Assembly (NCBI GenBank): GCA_963719125.1
Contig: CAVRAT010000012.1
Location: 133,031 to 197,030, forward strand
Length of the DNA: 64,000 bases
Direction of reading: 5' to 3'
Source: an uncultured Acidimicrobiaceae bacterium
GTDB taxonomy: Bacteria > Actinomycetota > Acidimicrobiia > Acidimicrobiales > Bog-793
The translations under genes and the position numbers were made by a program. This document shows, piece by piece, positions 43,851-53,442 of the stretch. Position 1 is the stretch's first letter. Every line of letters starts with the position of its first letter. The notes beneath the pieces were generated by a model, which was given only the letters and a program-made list of their open reading frames with translations, made no database searches and was not told the origin of the DNA.

Positions 43851-44939
43851 CTAGAGCACCACGAGGTCGTCCCGGTGAACGACCTCGTGAGGCAGGTCGT
43901 CGGCCAACTCACCGCTGTGCAGGCCCACCCACTCAGAGGCTCTCGCCGCGGCGAGCCGGACGATGCCCTTGGCGAACATCACGTGATCGGCGCCGACGAT
44001 CTCGACGGCATCGTCGGCCTCGAACGCGCCTTCCACGGCAAGGACCCCCGCCGGCAACAGTGACTTGTGGCGCTCGATGACGGCGCGCCGGGCACCGTCG
44101 TCGACGACGATCCGGCCGGCCGGGCGCAACGCGAAGGCTATCCAGAGCTTGCGCGCCCCCAAAGACCGGCGGTGCGGCAGGAAGATCGTCCCCACGCCCT
44201 GCTGGCCGCTGACGGCGTCGGCGAGAACCGAAGGACGGCGCGCCGCGGCGATCACGACCCGGGAGCCGGACCACACGGCCATCTTCGCGGCGGCGAGTTT
44301 CGAGGACATGCCACCGCGGCTCATGACGCTCGCGGCGCCCCCTGCGACCTGCTCGAGCTCATGGTCGATCTCGGCGACCTCCTCGATGAGGGTCGCATCC
44401 GAGTTGTGGCGCGGGTCTGCGCTCAAGAGACCCGCCGTGTCTGTCAGAAGTACGAGCATGTCCGCCCGCAACAGGTGTGCGACGAGGGCGGCCAGCCGGT
44501 CGTTGTCACCGAAACGGAGCTCGTCGTCGGCGATGGCGTCGTTCTCGTTCACGATCGGGACGACCCCGAGCTCCAACAGGCGCAGGAACGTGTCGCGGGC
44601 GTGCAGGTAGCGCTGGCGGTGGGCGAAGTCGAGCGGGGCCAGCAGCACCTGGCCGGCGAGGAGGCCCTCCGCGGCCAGGGCGTCCTCGTACACGCGCATG
44701 AGGCGCGGCTGGCCGATCGCAGACAGGGCCTGCAGCGTCTTCGGGTCACTCCGGTACCCGGCGAGCGGCGCGACGGCCGCCACGCCTGCGGTGACGGCGC
44801 CCGAGGTGACGACCACGACCGTATGCCCGTCGCGGCGCAAGCCGGCGACCTCGCTGCAGAGCTTAGAGACCGCCGCCGTGTCGACAGAACCGTCACTCGC
44901 GGTCACCGAGCTCGTGCCTATCTTCGCAACCACGATCAC
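43851..44939 (-). CDS. proB: glutamate 5-kinase (with PUA domain)
   Basis: Starts IVVAKIGTSSVT.., with VVVTSGAV and a C-terminal PUA-like region. Confidence 0.94.
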   Translation of the reverse strand: MIVVAKIGTSSVTASDGSVDTAAVSKLCSEVAGLRRDGHTVVVVTSGAVTAGVAAVAPLAGYRSDPKTLQALSAIGQPRLMRVYEDALAAEGLLAGQVLLAPLDFAHRQRYLHARDTFLRLLELGVVPIVNENDAIADDELRFGDNDRLAALVAHLLRADMLVLLTDTAGLLSADPRHNSDATLIEEVAEIDHELEQVAGGAASVMSRGGMSSKLAAAKMAVWSGSRVVIAAARRPSVLADAVSGQQGVGTIFLPHRRSLGARKLWIAFALRPAGRIVVDDGARRAVIERHKSLLPAGVLAVEGAFEADDAVEIVGADHVMFAKGIVRLAAARASEWVGLHSGELADDLPHEVVHRDDLVVL

Positions 44940-44944
44940 TGCGC

Positions 44945-46282
44945 TCAGCGCTCCGACTCGTAGGTGAAACTCAGGTCACCGATGTGAACCGTATCCCCGT
45001 CGTGCGCCCCGGCCCGTGTGAGGGCACGGTCGACGCCGATCCGCTTCAGGCGGCGGTGGATGTGATCGAGCGCGTCCGGGTCGGTGAGATCGGAGACGGC
45101 AACCGTTCGAGCCGCCTCCCTTCCCGCCACGACGAACACCGCTCCCTCCCGTTTCACCGTGACGCCCTCCGGTTCGGGGCGGTGAACCACGGTGGCGTGG
45201 CGGGGCAGCGGCGTCGCGGCACGGGCCTCGGCGACCAGGGCGGCGAGCCGGCCCAGGAGCTGTGGCAGCCCGGCGCCGGTCACAGCTGAGATCTCGAGCT
45301 CGGTTCCTTCACCAGCCCGGTCGCCGCCTGCGTGCTCAGCCGAGGCGCCGGGGCTGTCACCGGTCCGCTGCGGGCGGCGGTCGGCCCTTGAGCCCACGAT
45401 GACCCGCGGCCGCTCAATGAGCTCGGGGCGGTACCGGCGGAGCTCCTCGAGCAGGATGCGGACCTGGTCGGAAGGTGCACGACCCTCATCTTCCCCAAGG
45501 TCGGCGAGGACCAGCAGCACCCTCGCCCGTTCCACATGACGAAGGAACTTGTGGCCGAGGCCACGCCCCTCCGATGCGCCCTCGATCAAGCCGGGAATGT
45601 CCGCGACCACGAACTCGACGGCATCTTCGTCCTGGCGGTTCGTCCCTCCGAAACGCACGACGCCGAGGTGGGGCTCGAGGGTCGTGAAGGGGTAGTCGGC
45701 GATCTTCGGCCACGCGGCGGAGATCCGCGACACGAGCGTCGACTTGCCTGCATTGGGGAACCCGACGAGGGCGACGTCGGCCATCAGCTCGAGCTCGAGG
45801 TTCAACCAGTGCTCCTCACCGAGCTCCGCCTGCTCGGCAAAGGCGGGAGCGCGCAGGCGATTGGTCAGGAAACGGGCATTGCCCCGCCCACCCCGCCCGC
45901 CGGCTGCGGCCATGTAGCGGTCCCCGCTGGAGGTGAGGTCTGCCAGCACGTCGCCGTCCGGGTGGCGGACGATCGTGCCGACGGGGACGGGCACGACGAG
46001 GTCTGCGCCGTTGCGACCGTGCCGTTTCTTGCTTCCCCCGTGGCCCCCGTCGCCGGCGCGCCGGTGCGGATGGTCGACAAACGACAAGAGAGAGGCCAGG
46101 TTCGTCGTGGCCTCGAGGTAGACGCTGCCGCCGCGGCCACCGTCACCCCCGTCGGGGCCACCCTTGGAGACGTGCGCCTCCCGGCGGAACGAGACCGCAC
46201 CGGCACCCCCGTTGCCACCCTTCACGTGGATCTGGGACTCGTCGACGAAATCCGATGCCACGCTCAGTCCCTCGGCTCGCAA
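44945..46282 (-). CDS. obg: GTPase Obg/CgtA
   Basis: FVDESQIHVKGGNGGAG Obg fold. G1 is GFPNAGKST and G3 is DIPGLIEGA. A C-terminal TGS/OCT-like domain is present. Confidence 0.94.
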   Translation of the reverse strand: MRAEGLSVASDFVDESQIHVKGGNGGAGAVSFRREAHVSKGGPDGGDGGRGGSVYLEATTNLASLLSFVDHPHRRAGDGGHGGSKKRHGRNGADLVVPVPVGTIVRHPDGDVLADLTSSGDRYMAAAGGRGGRGNARFLTNRLRAPAFAEQAELGEEHWLNLELELMADVALVGFPNAGKSTLVSRISAAWPKIADYPFTTLEPHLGVVRFGGTNRQDEDAVEFVVADIPGLIEGASEGRGLGHKFLRHVERARVLLVLADLGEDEGRAPSDQVRILLEELRRYRPELIERPRVIVGSRADRRPQRTGDSPGASAEHAGGDRAGEGTELEISAVTGAGLPQLLGRLAALVAEARAATPLPRHATVVHRPEPEGVTVKREGAVFVVAGREAARTVAVSDLTDPDALDHIHRRLKRIGVDRALTRAGAHDGDTVHIGDLSFTYESER

Positions 46283-46339
46283 GGCCCCGGGACCGATGGC
46301 CGTCGGCCGGGCGGGACCACCGACAGCCGCACCGGGGAT

Positions 46340-46906
46340 TCAGTTCGACGCCAGGTCAGCCGGGTACAAGGAGAGCACGGCGAGCCACCCGCCCTGACGG
46401 CGGAGAACCCGGGACCAGAGTTTCTCGGGGTCGTCCGAAAGAACATCCTGGTCGTAGCCCACGAGCACATGCCACGATCCCGAGCCGATCTCGCTGGCAA
46501 GCTGTCCGGGCCCCCAGCCCGCGTAACCCGTGAACACGCGGATCCCAGAAAAGTGCACCGGGACACTGTCGGGATCCTCGTGCAGGTCGACGGTGCCGAG
46601 ACGACCGAGGAGCGGTGCGAAGCCGGCCGCTTCGGCAACCTCTGGCAGCTCGGTGCGCCCGATGCAGATAGCGGCGGTCGGCTGGACCGGGCCGCCGATG
46701 AACAGGACCGGAGGTGCTGCCGCGAGACTCCCCCATTCCGGGACGACCTCCTCGACGGGGATGGGGCTCGGCCGGTTGAGCACGACGCCGAGAGTCCCTT
46801 CGTCATCGTCGTGGGCGAGAAGGAAGATGACGCTGCGGAAGAAGTTGGGGTCGACAAGAGTCGGCGATGCGACGAGCAACGACCCCTTGCCGGGAATGCC
46901 GACCAT
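46340..46906 (-). CDS. yqgE: YqgE/AlgH-family protein (UPF0301)
   Basis: LLVASPTLVDPNFFRSVIFLLAHDDDEGTLGVVLNRP. Confidence 0.82.
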   Translation of the reverse strand: MVGIPGKGSLLVASPTLVDPNFFRSVIFLLAHDDDEGTLGVVLNRPSPIPVEEVVPEWGSLAAAPPVLFIGGPVQPTAAICIGRTELPEVAEAAGFAPLLGRLGTVDLHEDPDSVPVHFSGIRVFTGYAGWGPGQLASEIGSGSWHVLVGYDQDVLSDDPEKLWSRVLRRQGGWLAVLSLYPADLASN

Positions 46907-46919
46907 CTGCCGTCGGGCG

Positions 46920-47177
46920 TCAGTCCTCGACCGGTACGACGTCCACGAGCCGACGCCCGTGACGCGAGCCGAACTTCACCTTGCCGTCGGCAAGGGCGAA
47001 CAGCGTGTCGTCGCGGCCGCGCCCGATGTTGTGGCCGGGGTGGAAGTGCGTGCCGCGCTGGCGCACGACGATCGTGCCGGCGCTGATCGCCGTGCCGTCG
47101 AAGACCTTCACGCCGAGGCGCTGGGCGTTCGAGTCACGGCCGTTGCGGGTGGAACCCCCGCCTTTGGTCTTTGACAT
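46920..47177 (-). CDS. rpmA: 50S ribosomal protein L27
   Basis: [24 protein letters not shown]... Confidence 0.95.
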   Translation of the reverse strand: MSKTKGGGSTRNGRDSNAQRLGVKVFDGTAISAGTIVVRQRGTHFHPGHNIGRGRDDTLFALADGKVKFGSRHGRRLVDVVPVED

Positions 47178-47189
47178 GAAACTGCTCCT

Positions 47190-47576
47190 TCAGTCCTCGA
47201 CGACCGCGGTGGGCTCGTCCTCTAAGTCCGCAGGCACCGGCGGCGTGGCGCTGTCTCCCGCCGCCCCGGGGAAGTCGATCGCAGTGATCTCGACGGTGGT
47301 GTACCACTGACGGTGCCCGTACCGGCGCCGTCCCCGTGCCTTGGCCTTGTAGGTGAACCCGACGATCTTCGGTCCCTTCGCCAGGCCGATCACGCGGCCT
47401 TTGACACTCGAGGCCTCCAGCGGGTCGCGTTCGGTCACGATGTGGTCGCCGTCGACAACCAGCTTGGGCACGAAGCTCACCTCGTCGCCCGGCCCGGCGC
47501 TCAAGAGCTCGACATCGAGCTGTTCGCCGACCTGGACACGTGCTTGCTTGCCACCTGCGTCAATTACCGCGTACAT
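47190..47576 (-). CDS. rplU: 50S ribosomal protein L21 (with acidic C-terminal tail)
   Basis: MYAVIDAGGKQARVQVG...GHRQWYT.. Confidence 0.94.
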   Translation of the reverse strand: MYAVIDAGGKQARVQVGEQLDVELLSAGPGDEVSFVPKLVVDGDHIVTERDPLEASSVKGRVIGLAKGPKIVGFTYKAKARGRRRYGHRQWYTTVEITAIDFPGAAGDSATPPVPADLEDEPTAVVED

Positions 47577-47601
47577 ATGACGGCAACGATAGCGCAGGGA
47601 A

Positions 47602-49458
47602 TCACAAGTCCTGATCGGGGAAGATGATCCCCCGTCCGGCGCAGGTCGGGCATGTCTCCGACAGGGCCTCGACCAGGCCTTCTCCCACGCGCTTGCGCGT
47701 CATCTCCACGAGGCCGAGCTCCGAGATCTCATAGACCTGCGTCGGTGTCTTGTCACGAGCGAGCGCCGCTTTGAACGCTGCCAGCACCGAGGTGCGGTTC
47801 GCCTTGATCTCCATGTCGACGAAGTCGATGACGATGATCCCCCCGATGTCCCGCAAACGCAGCTGGCGGGCGATCTCCTCGGCGGCCTCGAGGTTGTTCT
47901 CGAAAACGGTCTCCTCGAGGCTCGAGGAGCCGACGTTCTTACCGGTGTTGACGTCGATGACCGTAAGCGCCTCGGTGCGCTCGATGATGAGCGACCCGCC
48001 CGAGGGCAGCCAGACCTTGCGGTCGAGCGCCTTGTGAAGCTGCTCGTGGACGTGGTGGCGCTCGAAGAGCGGCAGCGGCTCGTTCGAGAGGTCGTAAAGC
48101 TCGACGCGCTCGGCGAGCTCGGGGTTGAACTGCGAGACGTAGTCCCGCACGATCGCGAACAGCTCGGGATCGTCGATGAGGACCGAGCGGTGCTCGTCTG
48201 TCAGCTCCTCGCGGATAATCCGCACCGCCATGTGCGGCTCTGAGTACAACAGCGCCGGCGCAGGCAGCTTGCGTGTGCGCTCATCGATCTCACGCCAGCG
48301 GCCGACGAGCATCTCGACGTCGCGGCGGAGGTCCTCGGCGCTTGCCCCGGCCGCGGCCGTCCGCACGATGAGGCCGTGGCCGTCCGGGCGGACGTCGTCG
48401 AGGATCCTTCGCAGCCTGCGGCGCTCATTGTCGTCGAGCCGACGTGAGATCCCATAGGTCGCTGACTCGGGCACCAGCACGACGAAGCGGCCCGGGATCG
48501 ACACCTCCTGGGTCAGCCGAGCCCCCTTCAGCCCGATCGGGTTCTTCGTGACCTGGCAGACGATCGTCTGGCCCGGCCGGAGCAGGTGCTCGATCCGATC
48601 GGCTCCGGCCTGGCGCTCGACGTCGTCCCGGTCGTAGGAAACGTCACCCCAGTAAAGGACGGCGTTCTTGGGGGTCCCGATGTCGACGAAGGCGGCTTCC
48701 ATGCCCGGGAGCACGTTCTTCACACGCCCGCGGTAGATGTTGCCGACAATCTGGTTCGCGTCGTCCTGCGGACGGGCCACGAAGTGCTCGATGAGCGCCC
48801 GGCCTTCGAGCACGGCGATGTGGGTCGCCTCGTGCTCGACGTGCACGCACATGAGGTAGCGGCCGACCGGCCGGCCCCGCCGGTCCCGGGCCAGCCTCTG
48901 TACCGGGCCCGCATCGGACCCGGCCGAAGCCGCCGCCTGGTTCACAGGCGCCCGCCGCGACTGGGCGCTGGTGCCGGCCTTGTTCCTCGGCGCACGTGGG
49001 GCGCTCGTACGGTTGGAACCTGCGCCGGCGTCAGTCCCGGAGCCGTCGGAGCCGGCCCCGTTCGCTTCGGTGGATGCCGCCAAAGAACCGGCGCTGCTGT
49101 TCGCGCGGCGTGACCGCCCACGCCCGCCGCGCCGTCGTCGTGACGAGCCACCCCCCGGTGCAGTTGCGGCGGCGGTGCCATCACCGTTCTCGGCGCGCTG
49201 CAATTCGCCCTGTTGGCCCGACTGTGCCCTGCGCTCGTCACCCGGCGCCGCGACGGGCTCGGCCGGCTTAGAGAACGGCGGTGCGGGCCTCGTATCGCCG
49301 ATCTTCGGCCTTTGGGGTACCGCCGTCGCGCTTGTGCCACTGGCAAACGGGCCGAGCGGCTCTTCGTTGCGCGCGCCGCTCGCCACCTCGGGCGCACCGG
49401 CCGCGCGTTTGGGCGCGTCCGGTACAGACGCCGGGCGGCCGGTCGTCGGATCCAACAT
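47602..49458 (-). CDS. rne: ribonuclease E/G family endoribonuclease with Arg/Ala/Pro-rich N-terminal region
   Basis: S1 domain (GNIYRGRVKNVLPGMEAAFVDIG), catalytic core (VIDVNTGK, IIVIDFVDM) and a Zn-link CPTCAGRG. ATG 49458 is preceded by GAAGGG. The longest ORF reaches 49581. Confidence 0.85.
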   Translation of the reverse strand: MLDPTTGRPASVPDAPKRAAGAPEVASGARNEEPLGPFASGTSATAVPQRPKIGDTRPAPPFSKPAEPVAAPGDERRAQSGQQGELQRAENGDGTAAATAPGGGSSRRRRGGRGRSRRANSSAGSLAASTEANGAGSDGSGTDAGAGSNRTSAPRAPRNKAGTSAQSRRAPVNQAAASAGSDAGPVQRLARDRRGRPVGRYLMCVHVEHEATHIAVLEGRALIEHFVARPQDDANQIVGNIYRGRVKNVLPGMEAAFVDIGTPKNAVLYWGDVSYDRDDVERQAGADRIEHLLRPGQTIVCQVTKNPIGLKGARLTQEVSIPGRFVVLVPESATYGISRRLDDNERRRLRRILDDVRPDGHGLIVRTAAAGASAEDLRRDVEMLVGRWREIDERTRKLPAPALLYSEPHMAVRIIREELTDEHRSVLIDDPELFAIVRDYVSQFNPELAERVELYDLSNEPLPLFERHHVHEQLHKALDRKVWLPSGGSLIIERTEALTVIDVNTGKNVGSSSLEETVFENNLEAAEEIARQLRLRDIGGIIVIDFVDMEIKANRTSVLAAFKAALARDKTPTQVYEISELGLVEMTRKRVGEGLVEALSETCPTCAGRGIIFPDQDL

Positions 49459-49590
49459 CGGGGAGATCCCTTCTAAAGGTCGCGCCAGCAAGCGGCGCGG
49501 GCGGCCTTCCTCGAGCAGCACCGCTGTGAGTCGCCTCTCCGGTGCACTCGGACAGATGGCCGAGACTGAATGCGAAAGCACGTTCTTTGT

Positions 49591-49628
49591 CGTCTCGTTC
49601 GCGGGGCCCCGCGAAAGATTGGGAGACG
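49591..49628 (-). promoter_or_regulatory. nested stem-loop in the rne leader: CGTCTC-g-[18-nt perfect palindrome TTCGCGGGGCCCCGCGAA]-agattgg-GAGACG
   Basis: The base-pairing is read directly from the sequence. It lies in a low-GC ~300-bp non-coding stretch upstream of rne. Confidence 0.4.
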
Positions 49629-49861
49629 TTACGGTCGGTGACAGCGAAAATGACGTAGCAAGCTACGGCCGCAGCAGCAATCGAAACGGCTCTAACGACC
49701 GAGTTCGATTGTGTGAAGGCCCTTGACGTCGTCATCCTGGCCAGCAGTTTAGTCACCCCCCTGGTCCGCCCCGCGCCAGCCAAGTTGACTGATAGAAACC
49801 TCCGCGGAGCCCGGCTGACGACTGCGCCAAGGCGAGAGCGTGTGAAGTGCCCGTGAGGCGA

Positions 49862-52000
49862 TCAGGGAACGTTCGACGGGGGGCGCAGATCCGGAGAACC
49901 GACGGGGTGGTTGGTCAGGTAGGTGAAGATCTCACGCGCCACGGGTGCCGCCGCTGCGGCGCCGTAGCCCGCCTGGTCGATCACGACGGCGACCACATAA
50001 TGCGGGGCGCTGGTGGGTCCGAAGGCGACGAACCACGCGGTCGGCTGCACGTTCGTGTTCGAACTCTCGGTGGCCGTACCTGTCTTGCCCGCCAGCGGCA
50101 TCCCATTGTAGCCCAGGAACGTGGCATAGGCAGTGCCGTTCGAGGAGTATATGGCGCCCTCGAGGCCGCTCAGGATCTGCTGATAAGTGCTCGCTGGCAG
50201 CTCGACGTGCCCCATGACGCGCGGCTTGAACTGTCTCAGGACCTTGCCGGTCGGCGAGACGATCGAGTTGACGACCTGTGGGGCGTATCGGGTGCCGCCG
50301 GTCGCGAACGTCCCGTAGGCGACCGCCTCCTGCAGCGGGGTGACCAGGGTCTCGCCCTGCCCGAAGGCCATCTCGATGTTGTCGGCGATGCCGTAATAGG
50401 TGCTGGGGAAGGCCTGCGGCGCCTCAGAGTGCTGCACCTGGCGCAGCCGCGGGCTGTCCACCTGGCCGAAGTACTCGTTCGGGAGGTCGATTCCAGTGAG
50501 GCGCCCGAAGCCGTACTGCTCGGCGACGTCCTGGATGGGCGTCTGGCCGTAGGTGCCCGAGTCGTACCAGTAGTCGGCCCCGAGGGTGTAGAAGAACACG
50601 TCGTCGGAGGCCGTGAGGGCCGTCGTCACGTTGATCGGCCCCTGCCCCTTCTCGTTCAGGTTGTTGTAGTAGATGCATTGTCCGCTGCAGGGCGGGCCGA
50701 TCTGGTAGTAGCCACGGTCGTCGATGTAACCCCCGAGACTGCCCAGAAGGCCGTCGTTCAGGGCCGCCGTCGCAGTCGCGAGCTTGAAGGTGGAACCGGG
50801 GGCCCAAAGGCCCTGGATCGCCCGGTTGAGCAGAGGATCGTGATCGGCCTGGCTCGTCAAGAGCTGATAGTGCTGGTCGGAGATGCCCCCCACCCACCAC
50901 GACGGGTTGTAGGAGGGGACCGACGCCATGGCGAAGACGGCTCCGGTCTCGGGGTCGAGCACGACCGCCGCGCCGGAGTCGGCCGGCAGGCCACTCCCCT
51001 GCAGCTTGAGGATCTGGTTGGTGAGAGCCTGCTCGACCTCCTGCTGCAGATTCAGGTCGAGGTTGAGCACGACGTCGTCACCGCTCGCCGGGGGCACAGT
51101 CTTCACCGTCCCGACGGGGTTGCCGGAGGCGTCGACCTTGATGACCTCCGATCCGGGCCGGCCTCGCAACCACAGCTCGTCGGTCGCCTCGAGACCGGAT
51201 TGGCCGACGACATCGTTGGAGTTGTAGCCGTACTTCGCCAATGCGTGGAGCTCGCCCGCGTCGATATCGCCCGTGTAACCCAGCACTTGCGCCGCGGTGT
51301 CGCCGCGCGGGTAGGTCCGCTCGGCCGTGAAGTTGACCGAGACGCCGGGGAACATGGCCTTGTGCTCGGACAGGTAAACAATGGTCGCCTGGGGTGCCCC
51401 GATCGCTATCGGCACCGGCTGATAGGGGCTCGCCTGCGGGTTCGCGAGCGACGTGTTGACATCCGCGACGCTTTGGCCGAGCAGCGCCGCCAAGCGCCCG
51501 ATGACCGCCGGGGTCGCCTCCGAGCGGCTGAGCGTGACTACCGGGAGCACCTGGTCGCCCACGAGAACCTGTCCCCCGCGAGCGATGATCAGGCCGCGCG
51601 CCGGTGTGATCGGGACCGTCTGTTGTTCGAAGACTAGAGCGGCGTTGCGGTAGTGCGAGCTGTGAAGGACTTGGAGGGACCAGAGCCGGACGACCACAGC
51701 CGAGAAGGCCACCAGCACGACAAGGCCCATGACCGTGAGCCGAAGACCGAAGCGAGCGCTCTCCCGTCGGCGCTGCTGTTCGCGTTCCTCCTCCTCGAGG
51801 CGCTTCAGCGGGCTCGAGCTCACGATCCTCGTTCTGTGCCGCTCACCCTCTTCGTCGGCCGGGAAGTACGGGGCCTGTACCGGCTTGGGCGCTCGCGTGC
51901 GGGCCGGATCTCGCGAGTCGTGCGAGAGGCGCGGGTCTCGGGGTGTGCGGGGATGGCGGGACCGCTCCGGCGGCTCGGGACCTGTGCCCGAGGCGCTCAC
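49862..52000 (-). CDS. mrdA: penicillin-binding protein 2 (elongasome transpeptidase)
   Basis: TM anchor, PBP dimerisation domain, SxxK (GSTFK) and KTGTA. GTG 52000 overlaps the mreD stop (GTGA). Confidence 0.88.
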   Translation of the reverse strand: MSASGTGPEPPERSRHPRTPRDPRLSHDSRDPARTRAPKPVQAPYFPADEEGERHRTRIVSSSPLKRLEEEEREQQRRRESARFGLRLTVMGLVVLVAFSAVVVRLWSLQVLHSSHYRNAALVFEQQTVPITPARGLIIARGGQVLVGDQVLPVVTLSRSEATPAVIGRLAALLGQSVADVNTSLANPQASPYQPVPIAIGAPQATIVYLSEHKAMFPGVSVNFTAERTYPRGDTAAQVLGYTGDIDAGELHALAKYGYNSNDVVGQSGLEATDELWLRGRPGSEVIKVDASGNPVGTVKTVPPASGDDVVLNLDLNLQQEVEQALTNQILKLQGSGLPADSGAAVVLDPETGAVFAMASVPSYNPSWWVGGISDQHYQLLTSQADHDPLLNRAIQGLWAPGSTFKLATATAALNDGLLGSLGGYIDDRGYYQIGPPCSGQCIYYNNLNEKGQGPINVTTALTASDDVFFYTLGADYWYDSGTYGQTPIQDVAEQYGFGRLTGIDLPNEYFGQVDSPRLRQVQHSEAPQAFPSTYYGIADNIEMAFGQGETLVTPLQEAVAYGTFATGGTRYAPQVVNSIVSPTGKVLRQFKPRVMGHVELPASTYQQILSGLEGAIYSSNGTAYATFLGYNGMPLAGKTGTATESSNTNVQPTAWFVAFGPTSAPHYVVAVVIDQAGYGAAAAAPVAREIFTYLTNHPVGSPDLRPPSNVP

Positions 52001-52536
52001 CTGGCGCTCCCGCTCGCGAACGCACCCGCGTCTCGGTGGGTCCCCGGGGCGACGGCGAGGGTCCACTCGATGAGGCGGTACGCGGGGTTGGCGAACAGCA
52101 CACAGCCGGCCGCGACGACCACCGCAATTACCACGAGCTGGTGGTGCGGCACGCTCGGCTGACCGATGAGAGTCCCGAGCCCGGCGAAGAGCAATGTCCC
52201 GCCCACCCCGCCCAGCAGCGCCGTAGCGGCCTGGAAACCGAAGGTCGGCCGCGTGGTCGCCGTCCCCGCCGCCAGGCCCACGGCGAAGGCTACAAGCACG
52301 TAACAAAGCGAGGACAGGCCGTAGGGCGTCTGCACGAACACATCGGCGACGAGCCCCAGCGCGAAACCCATCACAGCCCCGCGTTGAGGGCCGGCCACGA
52401 GGCCGGACGAGATTGCCAGCAGCAGGAATGCGTCAGGATGAGCGCCGCCGATCACGATCTGGTTCAGGACGCATACCTGGACGAACACCACCACCAGGGT
52501 GATGACTGCGAGCCGGCCCCAAGTCCGAATAGTCAC
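51997..52536 (-). CDS. mreD: rod shape-determining protein MreD
   Basis: 179-aa polytopic membrane protein in the mreC-mrdA position. Confidence 0.8.
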   Translation of the reverse strand: MTIRTWGRLAVITLVVVFVQVCVLNQIVIGGAHPDAFLLLAISSGLVAGPQRGAVMGFALGLVADVFVQTPYGLSSLCYVLVAFAVGLAAGTATTRPTFGFQAATALLGGVGGTLLFAGLGTLIGQPSVPHHQLVVIAVVVAAGCVLFANPAYRLIEWTLAVAPGTHRDAGAFASGSAR

Positions 52537-52594
52537 GGCAAAGCCGTCATTCCTCGCCCCGCTGGCTGGGCCGCGAGCTCACATCGGGGATGAG

Positions 52595-53428
52595 TCAAGC
52601 TGGCGGGAACCACTGCAGCACGGCCACGTACTGGAGGACCAAGAGGTTGACAAGCGGCGTCACGAGAACCTGGGACGTGAGCGACCCACCAGTGTGATGC
52701 ACCGACGCCACGGTACCCACCGGGATGCCCGATGGGTAGGCGGCAAGGTCGAGGCCGCTCGTGACCACGGCCGCGCCGCGGCTCGTGACGCTCGTCTCGG
52801 ACACGTCCTGCAATTGCAGGGGCTCACCTTCGCCCTGGCCGACGGCGACGGCGACGTTGCCGGTCCCGAAGCGGACACCGACTTCAGATCTGGGATCGGT
52901 CAGCACTTGGACGATCGCCGTGTGCTGCCCGGCCGAGATCACCGAGCCGACCAGCCCGACACCGGACACGACGGGCATCCCCACGCCGACCCCGTTCGAG
53001 GTACCGCGGTCGATCTCGATCGTGAGGTCGAAATTCGACGAGGGGGAGGAGATCACCTCACCCAGCACCTCAGGGATCCCATCCGCGAAAGGAAGATTCT
53101 GCTCCGAGCGCAGCTGGTCGAGCTGGCTTTGAGACTGCGCGGCTTCGATCAGCTGGCGGCGGAGCTGGCCCACCTCGAGTTGCAGCCGCTGGTTCTCGCC
53201 GAGAGCACCGCCGTAGCCCGCCATGCCGGCAAAGAGGTTGCCGATCGGATGCAGGACAGCCGCGACGCCGCGCTGGAACGGTGCGACCACGTCCGCGGCG
53301 CCGTTTCGGACCGAGCCGATGGCGCGTCGTGCTTCGCCCTTGTAGGCGACCGTTATCACCGTGATCGAGGCGAGAAGCAGGATGACCAGCGTGAGGCGCT
53401 GGCTGGTGTTGCGGCGAGAGGCGGCCAC
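52595..53428 (-). CDS. mreC: rod shape-determining protein MreC
   Basis: TM anchor, coiled coil (LQLEVGQLRRQL) and beta-rich domains (GMPVVSGVGLVGSV). The GTG at 53428 lies just after the mreB stop. Confidence 0.85.
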   Translation of the reverse strand: MAASRRNTSQRLTLVILLLASITVITVAYKGEARRAIGSVRNGAADVVAPFQRGVAAVLHPIGNLFAGMAGYGGALGENQRLQLEVGQLRRQLIEAAQSQSQLDQLRSEQNLPFADGIPEVLGEVISSPSSNFDLTIEIDRGTSNGVGVGMPVVSGVGLVGSVISAGQHTAIVQVLTDPRSEVGVRFGTGNVAVAVGQGEGEPLQLQDVSETSVTSRGAAVVTSGLDLAAYPSGIPVGTVASVHHTGGSLTSQVLVTPLVNLLVLQYVAVLQWFPPA

Positions 53429-53442
53429 CGCGACCCCGGAGG

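Noticed and set aside
49268-49735. Small ORF in the rne leader starting MTTSRAFTQSNSVVRAVSIAAAAVACYVIFAV (one TM-like helix)
   Set aside because: Its third-codon positions are much less GC-rich than in every confident gene here. It has no stop until it has overlapped ~190 nt of rne in another frame, and no SD. It is more likely non-coding leader RNA.
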